DNA of 44,008 nucleotides from Octopus sinensis. Lineage: Eukaryota. Shown here piece by piece: positions 1 through 13,149 of this stretch. The position numbers were made by a program, and so were the translations under genes. The notes under the pieces are model-generated. The model did not search any database, was not told where the DNA came from, and saw nothing but the letters and a program-made list of their open reading frames with translations. The stretch lies in assembly GCF_006345805.1 (NCBI RefSeq), contig NW_021835208.1, positions 1 to 44,008 of the forward strand, written 5' to 3'. How positions within the stretch are numbered: the stretch's first letter is position 1; the number at the start of each line of letters is the position of its first letter.

Positions 1-99
1 AAGATGTTTCATAACACAATCTACCAGTATACGAAGTTTAAAATTTTTTAGTTAGATGGAAATTATTTTTAAAATATGCCGGTCCAAGCGAAAAGATCC
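1..99. mobile_element. Right end of TIR MITE (same family as 4040-4335 and 18263-18680)
   Basis: Ends ...gccggtccaagcgaaaagatcc, matching the TIR of the two complete copies; the adjacent interior (ctaccagtatacgaagtttaaa) is the reverse complement of their interior. Confidence 0.75.
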
Positions 100-1120
100 A
101 TAAAGTGTCGTAATAAAACACTCAAAAGAATAACCTCCGAAGTGCTACCGATTCTGCCATTTGACAATGATTTCTTCATGGCGAGAGGACATCCATTACT
201 TGACTGCCGCTTGTGTTATTGACCTCAGAAGGCAGAGGGATAAAGTCGACCTCGGCAGTATTTGAACTCAGAAAGTAAATGGCCGAAACTAAATACTGCT
301 AATCATTCGACGCTCCAACGATGGGAGTTTAACAACGAAGTATATAAAAAGATCTTGTATTTCATGAAAATTAGAATTCGTTTTCTTCAACAAAGTATTC
401 TGCATCCCCACCCCCACTTCTCTCTCTCTCCCTCTCTCTTTCTCTCTCTCTCTATCAATCTATTTCATACATATGCACACTCACTCCCACACTCCCCCAC
501 TCTCTCTACGTTAGTGTTCGCTCTTCTCCTTTTCCATAGAGGACAGTATTTTTAACTCAATGACCTCAAATTTAGGGAGTCTGCTTATTGTTGCGTTTCA
601 ACTTAAAATACGCCCCTGCTTCCCTCCCTCCCTCCCACTCCCCGACCCGGCATTTTCGGGGGTCAATTCTGGATGGATCTTTGCCGTGCTATGGGAACAA
701 ATAAAAATAAATAAACAAACTAAAAGTAACAATAAAAATAATAACTGCAACAAAAGATGGTATTTCGTGGCGGCTCTTGTTTCTAATCGTCAGAGAATGG
801 ACGCTTTTTTATGCCACTCTAATAGTCAGCTATCAGTTATAAAAGAAAAAGAATTAAAAGAAAGCAAAACAACGTTGGTAACCAAGAGACAGACAGGAAA
901 CAACCCCAGTATTTAAAACAAGTAAATCATAGATAAATAAAAGGAATTGTATTGGATGGAGTTATTGTTGTGATTGTTGTAGTTGTTGTTGTTGTTGAGA
1001 GACAGAATTGATGTTACCCTTTAATGGGAGCAGCCTGTCAGGTGTGGGGCAGCCGATACTCACCTCCACTGCCCCCCCATACTTTATTTCTCGCATATAA
1101 TCAGGTGTATGCAGGCACAC

Positions 1121-1345
1121 ATACTATATACATACATACACACATATACATATAGTACGTATATGCATATATATATATTATATATATATATATATATATA
1201 CGTTTATATATACGTATATATATATATATATATATATATACGTGGTATATATGTATAATATATATACACGTGTATATATATATATATATTATATCACGTA
1301 TATATAAATATATACATATATATATAATATATTATATATATATAT

Positions 1346-1381
<36 letters not shown>

Positions 1382-1520
1382 CCAGCTGGAGGAGGGTTTC
1401 TCTTCCTGGGGCTACAAACTACAGTAGCATCAACCCTTAGGGGTTAGCCATATTCAAATGGCAAATATACGTCACGATGTGTTGCCGCTACTGTTTATAA
1501 CTCGCTCTGAGATTTATCAT

Positions 1521-1555
<35 letters not shown>

Positions 1556-1571
1556 TTATATATATATATAA
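1121..1571. repeat. Compound (TA)n/(CATA)n microsatellites
   Basis: Directly visible dinucleotide and tetranucleotide runs at 1121-1380 and 1519-1571. Confidence 0.95.
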
Positions 1572-1827
1572 TGATAAAGCCCTTATTTTGGCGAATCATG
1601 TGCACTTACACATATACAGGTTTCGGCTGATTTGCTCAAGATGTCACGCAGTGGGATTGCGTTCGAGACCGTGTAGTTGCAAGGTGAGCCTCGTAAGCTC
1701 ACGCTGAAGCTTGTACCTTGTATATACATTATATATGTGCTAGTACTTCCGAGAGTATGGGTAATTTGTTAAACGTTCAAGTATAATTTCTTGATATTAA
1801 GCATAAAGGCCAAAGTGCATTAACGCT

Positions 1828-2008
1828 GGCTTCAAATTTTGGCACAAAGCCAGCTGATTTAGGGGAGGGGCTATATCACTTGAATTGTTTCCAATGTTCC
1901 ACTAGTACATATTTTATCGACCCCCTAAAGGTTGAGAAGGAAGGTTGACCTCGGCGGAATTTGAATTCAGAACGTAATGACGTTTCACTCGGCGTGCTAA
2001 CGATTCTT
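1828..2008 (-). mobile_element. SINE family A-type head/core with an alternative 3' tail, internally deleted
   Basis: 1910-2008 matches the reverse complement of the family A head and core (ttgacctcggcggaatttgaattcagaacgt...gtgctaacgattc). 1828-1905 (ttcaaattttggcacaaagccagc) differs from the usual family A tail. Confidence 0.65.
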
Positions 2009-2237
2009 ATTTCTTTATTACCCACAAAGGGCTAAACACAGAGGGGACAAACAAGGACAGACAAACGGATTAAGTCGATGATATCGGCCCCAGTGCGTAA
2101 CTGGTAGTTATTTAATCGACCCCGAAAGTTAAATGACAAATCGTCCTCGGCAGAATTTGAACTCAGAACGTAGCGGCAGACGAAATACCGCGAAACATTT
2201 CGCCCGCCGTGCTAACGATTCTGCCAACTCGCCGCCT
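2009..2237 (-). mobile_element. SINE family A, full length (about 230 bp, tRNA-derived head)
   Basis: Reverse complement of the family consensus ggcggcgagctggcagaa...gagttcaaattcc (A/B-box-like)...gtgggtagtaaagaaat; more than 10 near-identical copies in this window. Confidence 0.92.
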
Positions 2238-3297
2238 CAAAGTGTATTAATATTATTGTCGTAATGTATTCACTGGAAATAGTTTGTCATAAATCCATGT
2301 TAGCGAATACCGTAGCAAATAATGAAAAAAAACTACCATAATAAAAAATTATAACAAACTTACTTTGAACAACTTACTTGAAAGGGAAGTATTCAATACA
2401 ATAAATGTTAACTATTGCAGAGCCTTCTTCAACTACAGCCATCAATTATCATTTCCTCCTCCTCCTCCTCCCCATCCCCCTCCTCTTTCTCCTCTATTTC
2501 TTTTCCCTCACCATCTTCCTCCTCTTCTGTTTCCGTGATTCTTTCTTTTTTCTTACTCCCTGTGTAGCGTTCCTTTACTCATTGCCCCCCACCGAGCGTA
2601 GTATGTGCACATATCTTTCACCTTTTATACTAATTCTATCTCTCTCTTTCTCTCTTTCCCCCTTTACAATGTAAATTGGGCCTGGAAAAATTAATCAATT
2701 AACCAACGAACATTTATGTTCTAGAAGATTCGTTGGTGCGTCGGAAAAACTACCTTTGCGTATTTCTTCCGTTTTGAATTCAAATCAAGCCGAGATCGAG
2801 ATATTTGAGTGCACATCCATTATATCTACTGGATGATTATACGTGACATAACTATAGTTGTTTAGTTCCGGGTCAGCCTTGTGTGAGTAGACCCATAATC
2901 AAACGCATTCGAACTATGACCATCTCGTCTTTTTATTTTCCTGTCTGCAGAGAACAGGAAACCAGATCCTGCCATCTGAAAATCTCTCTATTATCATTCG
3001 AATTGGTTGAACATCGATCCAGAACACAACGTGTTGTGCAAATGCTTACCTCATTGCAGATTGCTTCGTAGATCACTGTGACTTTCGCGTTCAGATGATG
3101 TAATTATATCTTACGTCGTCAAAACTAATTCGAATTCTCCATTCCTCCGACATGTAAAGTTCATCACCCGTAATTACAGATTTCGGTCAATAATATTGTC
3201 ACCCTGACTGCGAATTCAGAATGAGCTCAGTATAAAAATATACTATACAGTTGACCGCCGATTCAGTCCATGAACAATAAAAAAAATAATATGAATT

Positions 3298-3299
3298 GA

Positions 3300-3359
<60 letters not shown>

Positions 3360-3370
3360 AGGAAGGAAGA
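3298..3370 (+). repeat. (GAAA)n microsatellite
   Basis: Perfect tetranucleotide run. Confidence 0.95.
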
Positions 3371-4039
3371 GTGAACGCTTGGATGCATATACAGTCTTAC
3401 GCCTTCATGATAATATGCTTGACTGCTAACTCAGCCAGAGATTCAATCCAGTTACATTTGACCATTTATTCAGGTCAAGGTTCAGCTGTTTATATTTGAC
3501 AAGAGATTTGGTGGAAGAGGGCATCAACCACACTTGATCGCATATTCGGGACAGGATTCAGTCCATTAACTCTGGCCTATAAATTTAGACCAGTATTACA
3601 ATTTGCAAGCGACAGGATTTAGAAGTTCATTGACTAGAATGAATTCGTTTCGCGTCAGTACAAATGAAACCTGAAGCTAAGTTTCGTCTCGTCTCGTCTC
3701 ATCTCGGCCGACATATTACTTCAGCAGTATTTCAAAACAATTTCATTTGTCTAAACAAACGACGTGGCATGTACTTTGCAGCGCGGTCTGCTAGAAATAG
3801 CAGCCAAATCTCCATCAAAGTTCATTCTACAAAAAACTCATTAGATGATTATAGTCCGAGATACACTGTCTGAGAAAGAAGACGGGATGCTTGCGGTTAG
3901 AACATCTTTGATCGGGAGTAATATGGAGCTAAACACAACTGTAATACTATACGTCTCACCGTTTTTTCTTCATTATCATAGCAATCGATACACATGGAAA
4001 TATTTGCATGTCTAGAGGTGGTTTAAAAAGTTACAGTGG

Positions 4040-4335
4040 GGATCTTTTCGCTTTGACCGGCAGATTTTTAAAATAATTTCTTTGTAATTAAACACTTTTA
4101 AACTTCGTATACTGGTAGAATGTGTTACATATAACATCTTTTTCTCTTGGCTTTCTTGAGAAAATTCTGTAGTTTGTAAGCTATTTGTTGTTTAATTTCT
4201 TGCATTTCGGCATTTTCAACCAATCAATGACGTCTATTTAGGTGAATTCAATTTCTGCCGTAGTGTGTCAACAACAATTATTTGCGGTTACAAAGAAATT
4301 ATTTTAAAAATCTGCCGGTCAATGCGAAAAGATCC
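4040..4335. mobile_element. Non-autonomous DNA transposon (MITE) with 48-bp TIRs
   Basis: 4040-4087 and 4288-4335 are inverted repeats at 47/48 identity (ggatcttttcgc[t/a]ttgaccggcagatttttaaaataatttctttgtaa); a second copy lies at 18263-18680. Confidence 0.88.
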
Positions 4336-5359
4336 TACAATGGTTAATACCTTGAATATACTTCTACATACTGGTGTACACATAGACAAAGATTCTGTCT
4401 CTTTCTCTCTTTCAGTGTATGTGCGTGTTTGCATGCGAGTGTGTTTGCATGTCTCTGTGTGTGTATGCGCGCGCGTGTGCCTTGAAATAAATGTCAAAAG
4501 AAGATAACATAAAATGCCGATAAATGCTTAAGCGGGAAAGAAATGTAAGAAGTTGACGTTTCGGATGTTAGTCATTTTTTTTTGAAAGGGACAGTGAGAA
4601 GGGGGATAAAAAAAAATGGGGGGGGCGAAAATAAATTTCTGAGGTTCGTGTTGATTGGCAAGGGAAGCTCCAAGATCATGTGAATCTGTGTATCTAAGTT
4701 GAGCGCATTTAGGAGAGCGTGTATGTGTGTGTGTGTAAAAAAAAAAAAACATATTGTGTGCGTGTGAAAGGCCATATAGTGTATAAGTTCCGAGATTAAA
4801 AATAACTTCATGTTCCTTCTGAAGACGACATGATTGGAAACGAAGAGATGCGGTTGGTATGGTTCGCTGAATGCAAATGTTTGAACAGACGACTCGTTGT
4901 TGAGTCGAGTGTCTCTGATTAGTTGACTTGATGGTCCAATGATGGACTGATCGATAAAAGAAAGAAGACTGAATTGTCTTAGCTTAAGGAAGGAAAGATT
5001 GCGCTGCTTTTGTCCCGGCAGTGTTTTTGACTTTAACCTTGCCGATTGTCATCACAGTTGTCCCCACCGCTGCCACCGTTACATTATACTCGTCGTCATC
5101 GCTGTCATCGTCATTGCCGTCGTCGTCATCGCTGTTATCGTAGTTGCCAACGCCGCCGCTGCCGCCATCGAGTAGACCAATAATTAAAGACATTCTACCG
5201 GTGACTATCTTGTCTGTTTCTTCAGCCTGTTTATGTCAGTTTTATTTATCAGTTCTGTTTATCTCAGAACTACGTTATCCTGCGAAGGAGATTTTGTTGC
5301 TATGTATCACAGGTCGTGCGACTGCATAGACTATGCCTTGACTATATGGTTGTTGTTAA

Positions 5360-5590
5360 GGCGGCGAGCTGGCAGTAACGTTAGCACGCCGGGCGAAATG
5401 CTTAGCCGTATTTCGTCTGCCGTTACGTTCTGAGTTCAAATTCCACAGAGGTCGACTTTGCCTTTCATCCTTTCGGGTTGGATTAAATAAGTACCAGTTA
5501 CGCACTGGGGTCGATGTAATCGACTTAATCCGTTTGTCTGTCCTAGTTTGTCCCCTCTATGTTTAGCCCCTTGTGGGTAGTAAAGAAATA
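5360..5590 (+). mobile_element. SINE family A, full length, with TSD
   Basis: Matches the family consensus; flanked by tatat[g/c]gttgttgtta at 5343-5358 and 5591-5606 (15/16 identical). Confidence 0.93.
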
Positions 5591-6283
5591 TATATCGTTG
5601 TTGTTATCTATCTTCAGGTCGACTTATTTCAAACAGAATTTTGCTCAAAGGCTTTATAGTTATGCCTATCCTTTTCTTTTCTTTCTTTTCTTGATTACCT
5701 TATCTAGTATGTTCTTTCATCTTTCAGACAGTAGCATAAAAATTGGGAGTGATTTGACTGCTATTTCTTCTACGGCCATGACCACGTAAAGGCAAAGGCT
5801 TCTGTAGAAAGAAGCTAAATCATTGTATTTGATTATAATAGAAAATATTCCAGTCATGACCGTCCCGTCATTTTCCTATATGCAGGTGACTTAGGCAGCA
5901 TTATCTAACATGTTCTTTTTTTTTTGAGCGAGATAACCTTTCTTTTTAAAGACGATAGGGTGTAATATGAGTGAGATTTGACTGGCATATCCAAAAGGTC
6001 CAACGACCACGTAGAGGCGTATGAAAGTGAGAAAACACTATTAAAAGGCTTTACAGCCTGGCTACCATTGAAGTTATTTTGTTCACTCCGCCCAGTGCTC
6101 GGCTTCGCTTTGTTCATCGGAATACGCTGACATCTCCAATACGAACATTGGCAAAAACATACTACAACATGTCACCCTGCTAATGATTCATTACATCTTC
6201 CACTTCTCACTGTTTTTTGGGGTCAGAGGAGGGTATCGAGCAGAATAGGTCGGGGACATAGGTGTCTTTAGAGAAGCTAAAAC

Positions 6284-6675
6284 GGTAGTGGTAGTGGTAG
6301 TAGTAGTAGTAGTAGTAGTAGTAGTAAGTAGTAGTAGTAGTAAGAGGAGGAGGAGGAGGAGGAAGATGAAGAAGAAGGAGGAGAGGAAGAAGAAAAAGGA
6401 GAAGAAGAAAAAGAAGAAGAAGAAGAAGACGACGAAGAAGAAGACGAAGACGAAGAAGAAGAAGAAGAAGAAGAAGGAGAAGAAGAAGACGAAAAAGAAG
6501 AAGAAGAAGAAAAGAAGAAGAAGATGATGATGATGAAAAAGAAGAAGAAGAAGAAAAGAAGAAGAAAAAGAAAAAGAAAAAAAAAAAGAAGAAGAAGAAG
6601 AAGAAGAAGAAGAAGAAGAGAAGAAGAAGAAGAGAAGAAGAAGAAGAAGAAGAAGAAGAAGACGAAGAAGAAGAA
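6284..6675 (+). repeat. Compound trinucleotide array (GTA)n-(GGA)n-(GAA)n
   Basis: Directly visible; source of the poly-K/R/S/F pseudo-ORFs. Confidence 0.95.
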
Positions 6676-6944
6676 CTTTGTTGTGTTCAAAATAGAACCT
6701 TCCTTCCACTCCATCTCTTCCTTTTCCTTTTTCTTCTGTTCCTCTAATTCAATTGTTTTTTGGTTTGCTCGTCTTTTTGTTTTTTTTTTTTTTTTCTTTA
6801 TGGAGGAGAAAGGTGGATCTCCACTCAACAGTAGTTTCAGAGCTTATGACCTGCTTGGACTTCATGGCTCTGAGTCCCATTACCGAGTGTCAGATCGCAA
6901 TGATAAAAAGGGGGAACTTGAAGAAAACAAGAACACAATAAGAC

Positions 6945-6954
6945 ATATATATAT

Positions 6955-6998
<44 letters not shown>

Positions 6999-7785
6999 GC
7001 ATGAGATTGTTGGGTAGGTGCGCGGAGGTGAATGTTCATAAAAGCTTCAGGTGAAACGAAGGACTCCATGTCGATTTAATGCTGGAGCATATTAAAACTA
7101 TTGTGAATATACATGGACAGACGTTTGTGTGTGAGTAGGCTTTTTTACCCGAAGCATATATGTACACACTCGCATACATTATTATACATATGTGTATAAT
7201 GATGTGTGTATGTATGTGATGTGTGTATGTATGTATGTATGTATGTATGTATGTATGTATGTATGACTGTATGTATGTATGTGTGTATGTATGCATGTAT
7301 GTATATGTATGTATATATGTATGTATGTGTGTGCATGTATGTATATATGTATGCATGTATGTATGCATACATGTATGTATGTATATATGTAAGTGTGTAT
7401 ATCTGTATGTTTATGTATGTATGTGTGTGTATGTATGCATGTATGTATGTGTGTATGTATGTATGTGTATGTATGTATGTATGCATGCATGTATGTATGT
7501 ATGTATGTATGTATGTATGTATGTATGTGTGTATGCATGCATATATACACACACATGAATGGATTCTCTTTCACTAGACTTCCGTCAACTATGCTAGCAA
7601 ATAGGGCGCCGGCTGAGAGTGTTTTGATCGATCATAACGACCCCAGAATTTATTTTATTGGGATCTGTTTGTCAAATCGCTAGATTACGAGACGATCGAA
7701 ACAGCACATCTATTTGCATCTACACACACACACACACAATGTGTGTATGCGTGCTTATATGTGTGCGCGCACCTGTGCGTGCGCA

Positions 7786-7862
<77 letters not shown>
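6945..7862. repeat. (TA)n, (ATGT)n and (GT)n arrays
   Basis: (TA)n 6945-6995, (ATGT)n about 7203-7555, (GT)n about 7780-7862. Confidence 0.95.
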
Positions 7863-7865
<3 letters not shown>

Positions 7866-8615
7866 TATTGTCAATCTGAGACACGAGTCAGTTAAGTGCT
7901 TCGTTCCCCTAATCATGGTGACATATCACACCGACCGCAGCTACAACTACAACAGCCTTTGTACCGTACAATTGAACACCCCTTCTCCGATAGCTTGTTA
8001 TTATGTTGATAATTAGGCCCATTTCAAGAGAATGGAGCAAATAAAGAAACCTTTACATCTTTATTGAATAAGAGAAATGAAAAGATATTTTAAAAGATAT
8101 ATTTTAGTATGTCAGATTTATAGCATTCAAGAGTTTAATAATTCACTCTTACCTTGAATTAGAGGTTTCATATGCTGTATAGCGACACTATTCTTAACAG
8201 TTTCCCCCTTCTTTTACCTGGGTAGAGTGGTTTGCCGTTACTGTGTCATTGTTGATGCTATTGTATTAAAAAGTATGTTATCGTGAGAAAGACGGCGCCT
8301 GGTTAATCCTTTATAGGAAGCACCAACAAGATTTTCTAAGGAAGATGCATTCCATCGTAGTTTTTAACGTTAGACATTCGTCCAACTACCTTTCAATAGA
8401 TTTGAAAAGAATTAAAAGAATATATTTTCCAGGAATATGGTATTGGTGAATTCTGCAAATAGCTAGTTTTGAGTGACACGACTGATCCCGTCTTGGGTGA
8501 CACCACTTGGATGAATAGATGAATTAAGGCGTTCAGTAATCCAAAGATAAGGTTTAAAATTACGAGACGTAGGGCTGCGTGTTGTGTTCTTGAGCAATCA
8601 CTTTATTTCACGTTG

Positions 8616-8836
8616 CTCCAGTTCACTCAGCTGTAGAAATGAGTTGCGACGTCACTGGTGCCAAGCTGTATCGACCTTTGTCTTTCCCTTGGATAACACT
8701 GGTGGCGTGGAGAGGGGAGGCTGGTATGCATGGGCGACTGCTGGTCTTCCATAAACAACCTTGCCCGGACTTGTGTCTAGGAGGGTAACTTTCTAGGTGC
8801 AATCCCATGGTCATTCATGACCGAAGGAGGTCTTTA
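8616..8836 (+). mobile_element. Probable SINE 3' fragment of a further family
   Basis: GC-richer block beginning ccagttcactcagctgtagaaatgag, which resembles SINE central-domain motifs (from recall); single copy in this window. Confidence 0.4.
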
Positions 8837-8857
8837 AGCGCTGGTATAGCTATGTGG

Positions 8858-9270
8858 TTAAGAATTTCACTTCGTAACCATGTGGTTCTGAATTCGATCT
8901 CGCTACACAGTACAATGGGCCAGTGTCTTCTAATGCAGCCTCAAGTTTAACAATGCTTTTTAAGTAGAATTATGGCGTCAAACTTTGTGGAAACCCGTTG
9001 TTTATATATATATTTCTTTACTACCCACAAGGGACTAAACACAGAGGGGACAAACAAGGACAATCAAGGGGATTAAGTCGATTACATCGACCTCAGTGCG
9101 AAACTGGTACTTTATTTATCGACCCCGAAAGGATGAAAGGCAAAGTCGACCTCGGCGGAATTTGAACTCAGAACGTAACGACAGACGAAATACTGCTACG
9201 CATTTCGCCCGGCGTGCTAACGTTTCTGCCAGCTAGCCCGTTGTTTATATATATTGTGTGTTTACATCAG
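8858..9270 (+). mobile_element. Degenerate SINE family B head, interrupted by a family A copy
   Basis: gctatgtggttaag...accatgtggttctgaattcg...cagtgtcttcta...gaaacccgttgt aligns loosely with the family B head. Confidence 0.6.
9012..9236 (-). mobile_element. SINE family A with 18-bp TSD
   Basis: Family consensus on the minus strand; cccgttgtttatatatat occurs at 8994-9011 and 9237-9254. Confidence 0.93.
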
Positions 9271-9567
9271 TGTTTCTGCATACTTATCTAAATCTGTGTT
9301 TCGATTTATTTCCCATTACGTACAAAAGGTAAAATGTATGCATTCAGCCATTTTCGATCCTTTGCAAGATGAAAATCTTAACGTGCTGTTTTCGGCATAT
9401 CTAAGCTGGTTGTAAGCCTACCTGTGCACGCTAGCGAAATAAGTCCAGGATGGCTAATTTACTCCTACAGATGACTAAATATGTAAGATGGTCATGACTG
9501 AAATATATTTGATAATAGTTCTTCTCGATAAGGTCTGACCTGGGGCTAAAGAGCAGCAACAACAAAA

Positions 9568-9908
9568 GGAGGCGCAATGGCCCAATGGTTAGGGCAGCGG
9601 ACTCGCGGTTTCGATTCCCAGACCGGGCGTTGTGTATGTTTATTGAGCAAAAACACCTAAAAGCTCCACGAGGCTCCGGCAGGGGGTGGTGGTGACCCCT
9701 GATGTACTCTTTCGCCCCAACTTTCTCTCACTCTTTCTTCCTGTTTCTTGTCCCCGACTTCCTACGCAATCGCTGTGCCTGGATGCGCATTCATCCATCC
9801 GTCGATGCTCTCGGTGTCGGGGGTTGACCTGCTTTCTCTTCTTGCGAGCTCTGGGACGAAGACCGTTCGCTCACCAGCAACAGCAGCAACAACAATAACA
9901 ACAACAAT
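9568..9908 (+). mobile_element. SINE family C, tail type 1 ((CAA)n end)
   Basis: tRNA-like head ggaggcgcaatggcccaatggttagggcagcggactcgcgg...ttcgattccc, shared with 27935 and 42818; gcagcaacaacaa repeated at 9553-9565 and 9883-9895. Confidence 0.85.
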
Positions 9909-9976
9909 TCAATAACTCTACGACCAGCAAAGAAAAAGCCTCCACGTTGGCATTCCTTCTGCTAGAAATAGCAGCC

Positions 9977-10013
<37 letters not shown>

Positions 10014-10451
10014 CCTCTAAGTGCACTCTCCTGTAGATAGCGGACAAACATACTGGACAATGCAGTACGAGATACACAGAAAGATGAGATAGCCTCGATT
10101 ATAACGTCTACAATTATAGGTCTGCTTACTGTTAACTTAAGGCTGCGAAACGAAAATAGACTAACGTTAGGGAACTCCATAAGTGTTTGCTATAATTTAT
10201 TTCATTCTGCAGGTATGAACTTATATTTTTTTAATGTACCTATTTGTAAATTCCTTCTCCTGTTTTTGCACGTATTGACCGTGTGAAGTTATGTAAAGTT
10301 ATGTATAGAAGAGAATGGGGTTCATATATTATCGCGAATGCATGCTTAAATGCATGCGCTTCAATGCCTTACCTTTGGCATTACTTAAATAACTAGATTT
10401 TTTTTTTAGCCGAAAATATTTCTATGCATATGTATATATATGTGGGTGTGT

Positions 10452-10700
<249 letters not shown>

Positions 10701-10761
10701 CTTACATATCTATATCCATATATATATATATATGTATATGTTATGTAATTATGTATACATA

Positions 10762-11342
10762 GTCGCAGGAGTGGCTGTGTGGTAAGTAGCTTGCTTACCA
10801 ACCACATGGTTCCGGGTTCAGTCCCACTGCGAGGTACCTTGGGTAAGTGTCTTCTACTATAGCCTCGGGCCGAGGATTTGGTAGACGGAAACTGAAAGAA
10901 GCCCGTCGTATATATATATGTATATATATAACGGGAAGCTTTATGAAAATAAACAAAAGACGAAGGCAGGTGGAAAACAAACGAACCAATACCACTATCA
11001 ACACTTACCTCTACCTTGGATTTTCTTTACCTCTTGGATACTTACCATTGGCTGCACCTCTCTTTCGCGGATCAAAGTGACTTTGCATTTATATGTATAT
11101 ATATATATATATGTGTGTTGTGTGTGCGTGTTTGTCTGTGTTTGTCCCCCCAACATCGCTTGACAACCGATGCTGGTGTGTTTACGTCCCCGTAACTTAG
11201 CGGTTCGGCAAAAGATACCGATAGAATAAGTACTAGGCTTACAAAAGAATAAGTTCAGAGGTTGATTTGCTCGATCGACTAAAGGCGTTGCTCCAGCATG
11301 GCCGCAGTAAAATGACTGAAACAAGTAAAAGAGTAAAAGAGT
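10762..11342 (+). mobile_element. SINE family B, full length, with a foreign insert in its central (TA)n
   Basis: Head gcaggagtggctgtgtggtaag...ccgggttcagtccc; central (TA)n(TG)n; 3' end aatgactgaaacaagtaaaagagtaaaagag. The insert 10928-11090 includes 48 nt identical to the reverse complement of 36158-36205. Confidence 0.92.
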
Positions 11343-12347
11343 ATATGTGTACGTGTATGTATGCGCGTACGAGCGTACGCATATGTATATGCATGTATAT
11401 ATACACGTTTGTATGCGCAGAAAAAGATCTTAGTATCCTCAAACTGGGCAAAGCAAAAAAAAAATCTTAGAATCTAGTAAATCTTAGAAACAATTAAAAG
11501 TATTGCCATGGCCGGTCATCAGTACCATAAAAAGGTAAAGGAATAGCACAGAAGGCAAAACACTTCGTAGTTTCACCCAGTTCCTTATACAGCGCAAATT
11601 TACACATCAATTTCTGAGTCACTTCTCCAAAAACCTTAGAATTTTGTAAAATATTCATTACTAAGTCTAACACTGGACACCAACAAATCGCATTAATCTA
11701 ATAAAGGTAGGCGAAGAACTTTCTGATATCTCAAGGGTTAATCTCAATGACACCAAAATCAACAAATTCTCTTTGTATATATTCGATATACTTTTTTTTT
11801 AATTAACAAATTCTTCCTGTATAGAATTACATAAGAAAGACAACTGGCAAAATTCCGAAACGTCAATGGCCAACACATGGTCAGTTATTTTTTTTTTACA
11901 TCAATGTCTAATAAGACATTGATTACAGACCAAAAATAATTTTTTGCAAACAACTTGTAGATGCTAGTACTATCAGTTGGAAACTTTGCATACCGGATGC
12001 TAGCAAGCTTTTGGGGTCATTATGAGAAAATGTGCGCCGTTTCGAGGTCTTCCCCTCAATCAACTGGTTATTAGGTTTTGCTCAATATTCTTCTAACCGT
12101 TGTTCATTGTCTCTTTTTAACCAAATCTTCTTCGAAAGCATTTCACAGTCATTTATGCTTTGTTCTTTGTCATCAAAATCATTGTCTAAGTATGTCCTTC
12201 ATTGGACAAAACAGTGTAAATTATACGGCACCTCATCCTAGCTGTACGTGGACGGGAGATTACTGAACCACTGAACAGCAAATAAATCTACTTATTGTCT
12301 GGTTCCATACCAAAGATGAGTGTGGTGGTGCGTTATCATGTCATGGT

Positions 12348-12534
12348 AAATTTGAACTCCAGTCGACCTCGGCGGAGTTCAAATTCCGCCGAGGTCGACT
12401 TTGCCGTTTATCCTTTCGGGGTCGATTAAATAAGAACCAGTTACGCACTGGGGTTGATATAATCGACTCGATCCGTTTGTCTGTCCTTGTTTGTCCCTCT
12501 GTGTTTAGCCCCTTGTGGGTAATAAAGAAATAGG
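12348..12534 (+). mobile_element. 5'-truncated SINE family A with a rearranged (fold-back) 5' junction
   Basis: Family A body from gagttcaaattcc to aaagaaatagg, preceded by inverted copies of its own first bases; ggtaaat repeated at 12345-12351 and 12533-12539. Confidence 0.88.
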
Positions 12535-13061
12535 TAAATATGGATAGTTTTCAGATCCCAGATTCGATCCCACTGTATGATATATCGAGCAATGTCCATT
12601 TTATATTTCCCATGACTTGTGAATGAAATTAGGCGGACAGAAACTGTATAGAAGCCTGTAGGATGGATTGTACTCGTACTTCAAAAGTAACAAACTTGAC
12701 ACACTCAGTCATGCGGGTTATAGATGAATGCTTAGCACGTATATGTTAATGCAAAAGAAAATGATTTAGTGATCGAACAACTGAATTATCATCATCAAAC
12801 AACAGAGATCCACCTTCACTATCACTACACAGACAAACAAATATTTATACGTTTAGTATTAACTATTCGGAAATAAGTACTCAATACCATGGTAGTGATT
12901 AACATAGTTTATTTTGGTTGAGTCAGTCTCCTGCGACCCTTAGTTTCACCTGTGGTTTCAGAGGACCTTCAGGCAAGTCTTAACTTGCCTACAGGTCCTG
13001 TGCCCTTGCCTGCAGATCCTGTGAAATTCAGAGCAGCAAGAGACTCACTTGAGTAAAATAA

Positions 13062-13149
13062 TACGTACATACATACATACATACATACATACATACATAC
13101 ATACATACATACATACATACATACATACATACATACATACATGCATACA
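13062..13149. repeat. (CATA)n microsatellite
   Basis: Directly visible. Confidence 0.95.

Noticed and set aside
4818-4845. ctgaaga...ggaaac hammerhead-like spacing
   Set aside because: Stem II is only 3 weak pairs, and no stem I or III can be formed.
9568-9640. tRNA gene call for SINE C (or A/B) heads
   Set aside because: They continue directly into SINE bodies, lack a complete acceptor stem and occur in many diverged copies.
11308-11340. SINE B 3' end cagtc-aaat-gactg-aaac(a/at)gta resembles hairpin + GAAA + palindrome + UA
   Set aside because: There is no NUGANNA core upstream and no stem I partner; it is only a terminal hairpin.
12030-12070. Minus-strand ttgattga-gggg-aaga-cctc-gaaac
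   Set aside because: The core has an extra base and there is no stem I or palindromic stem III.
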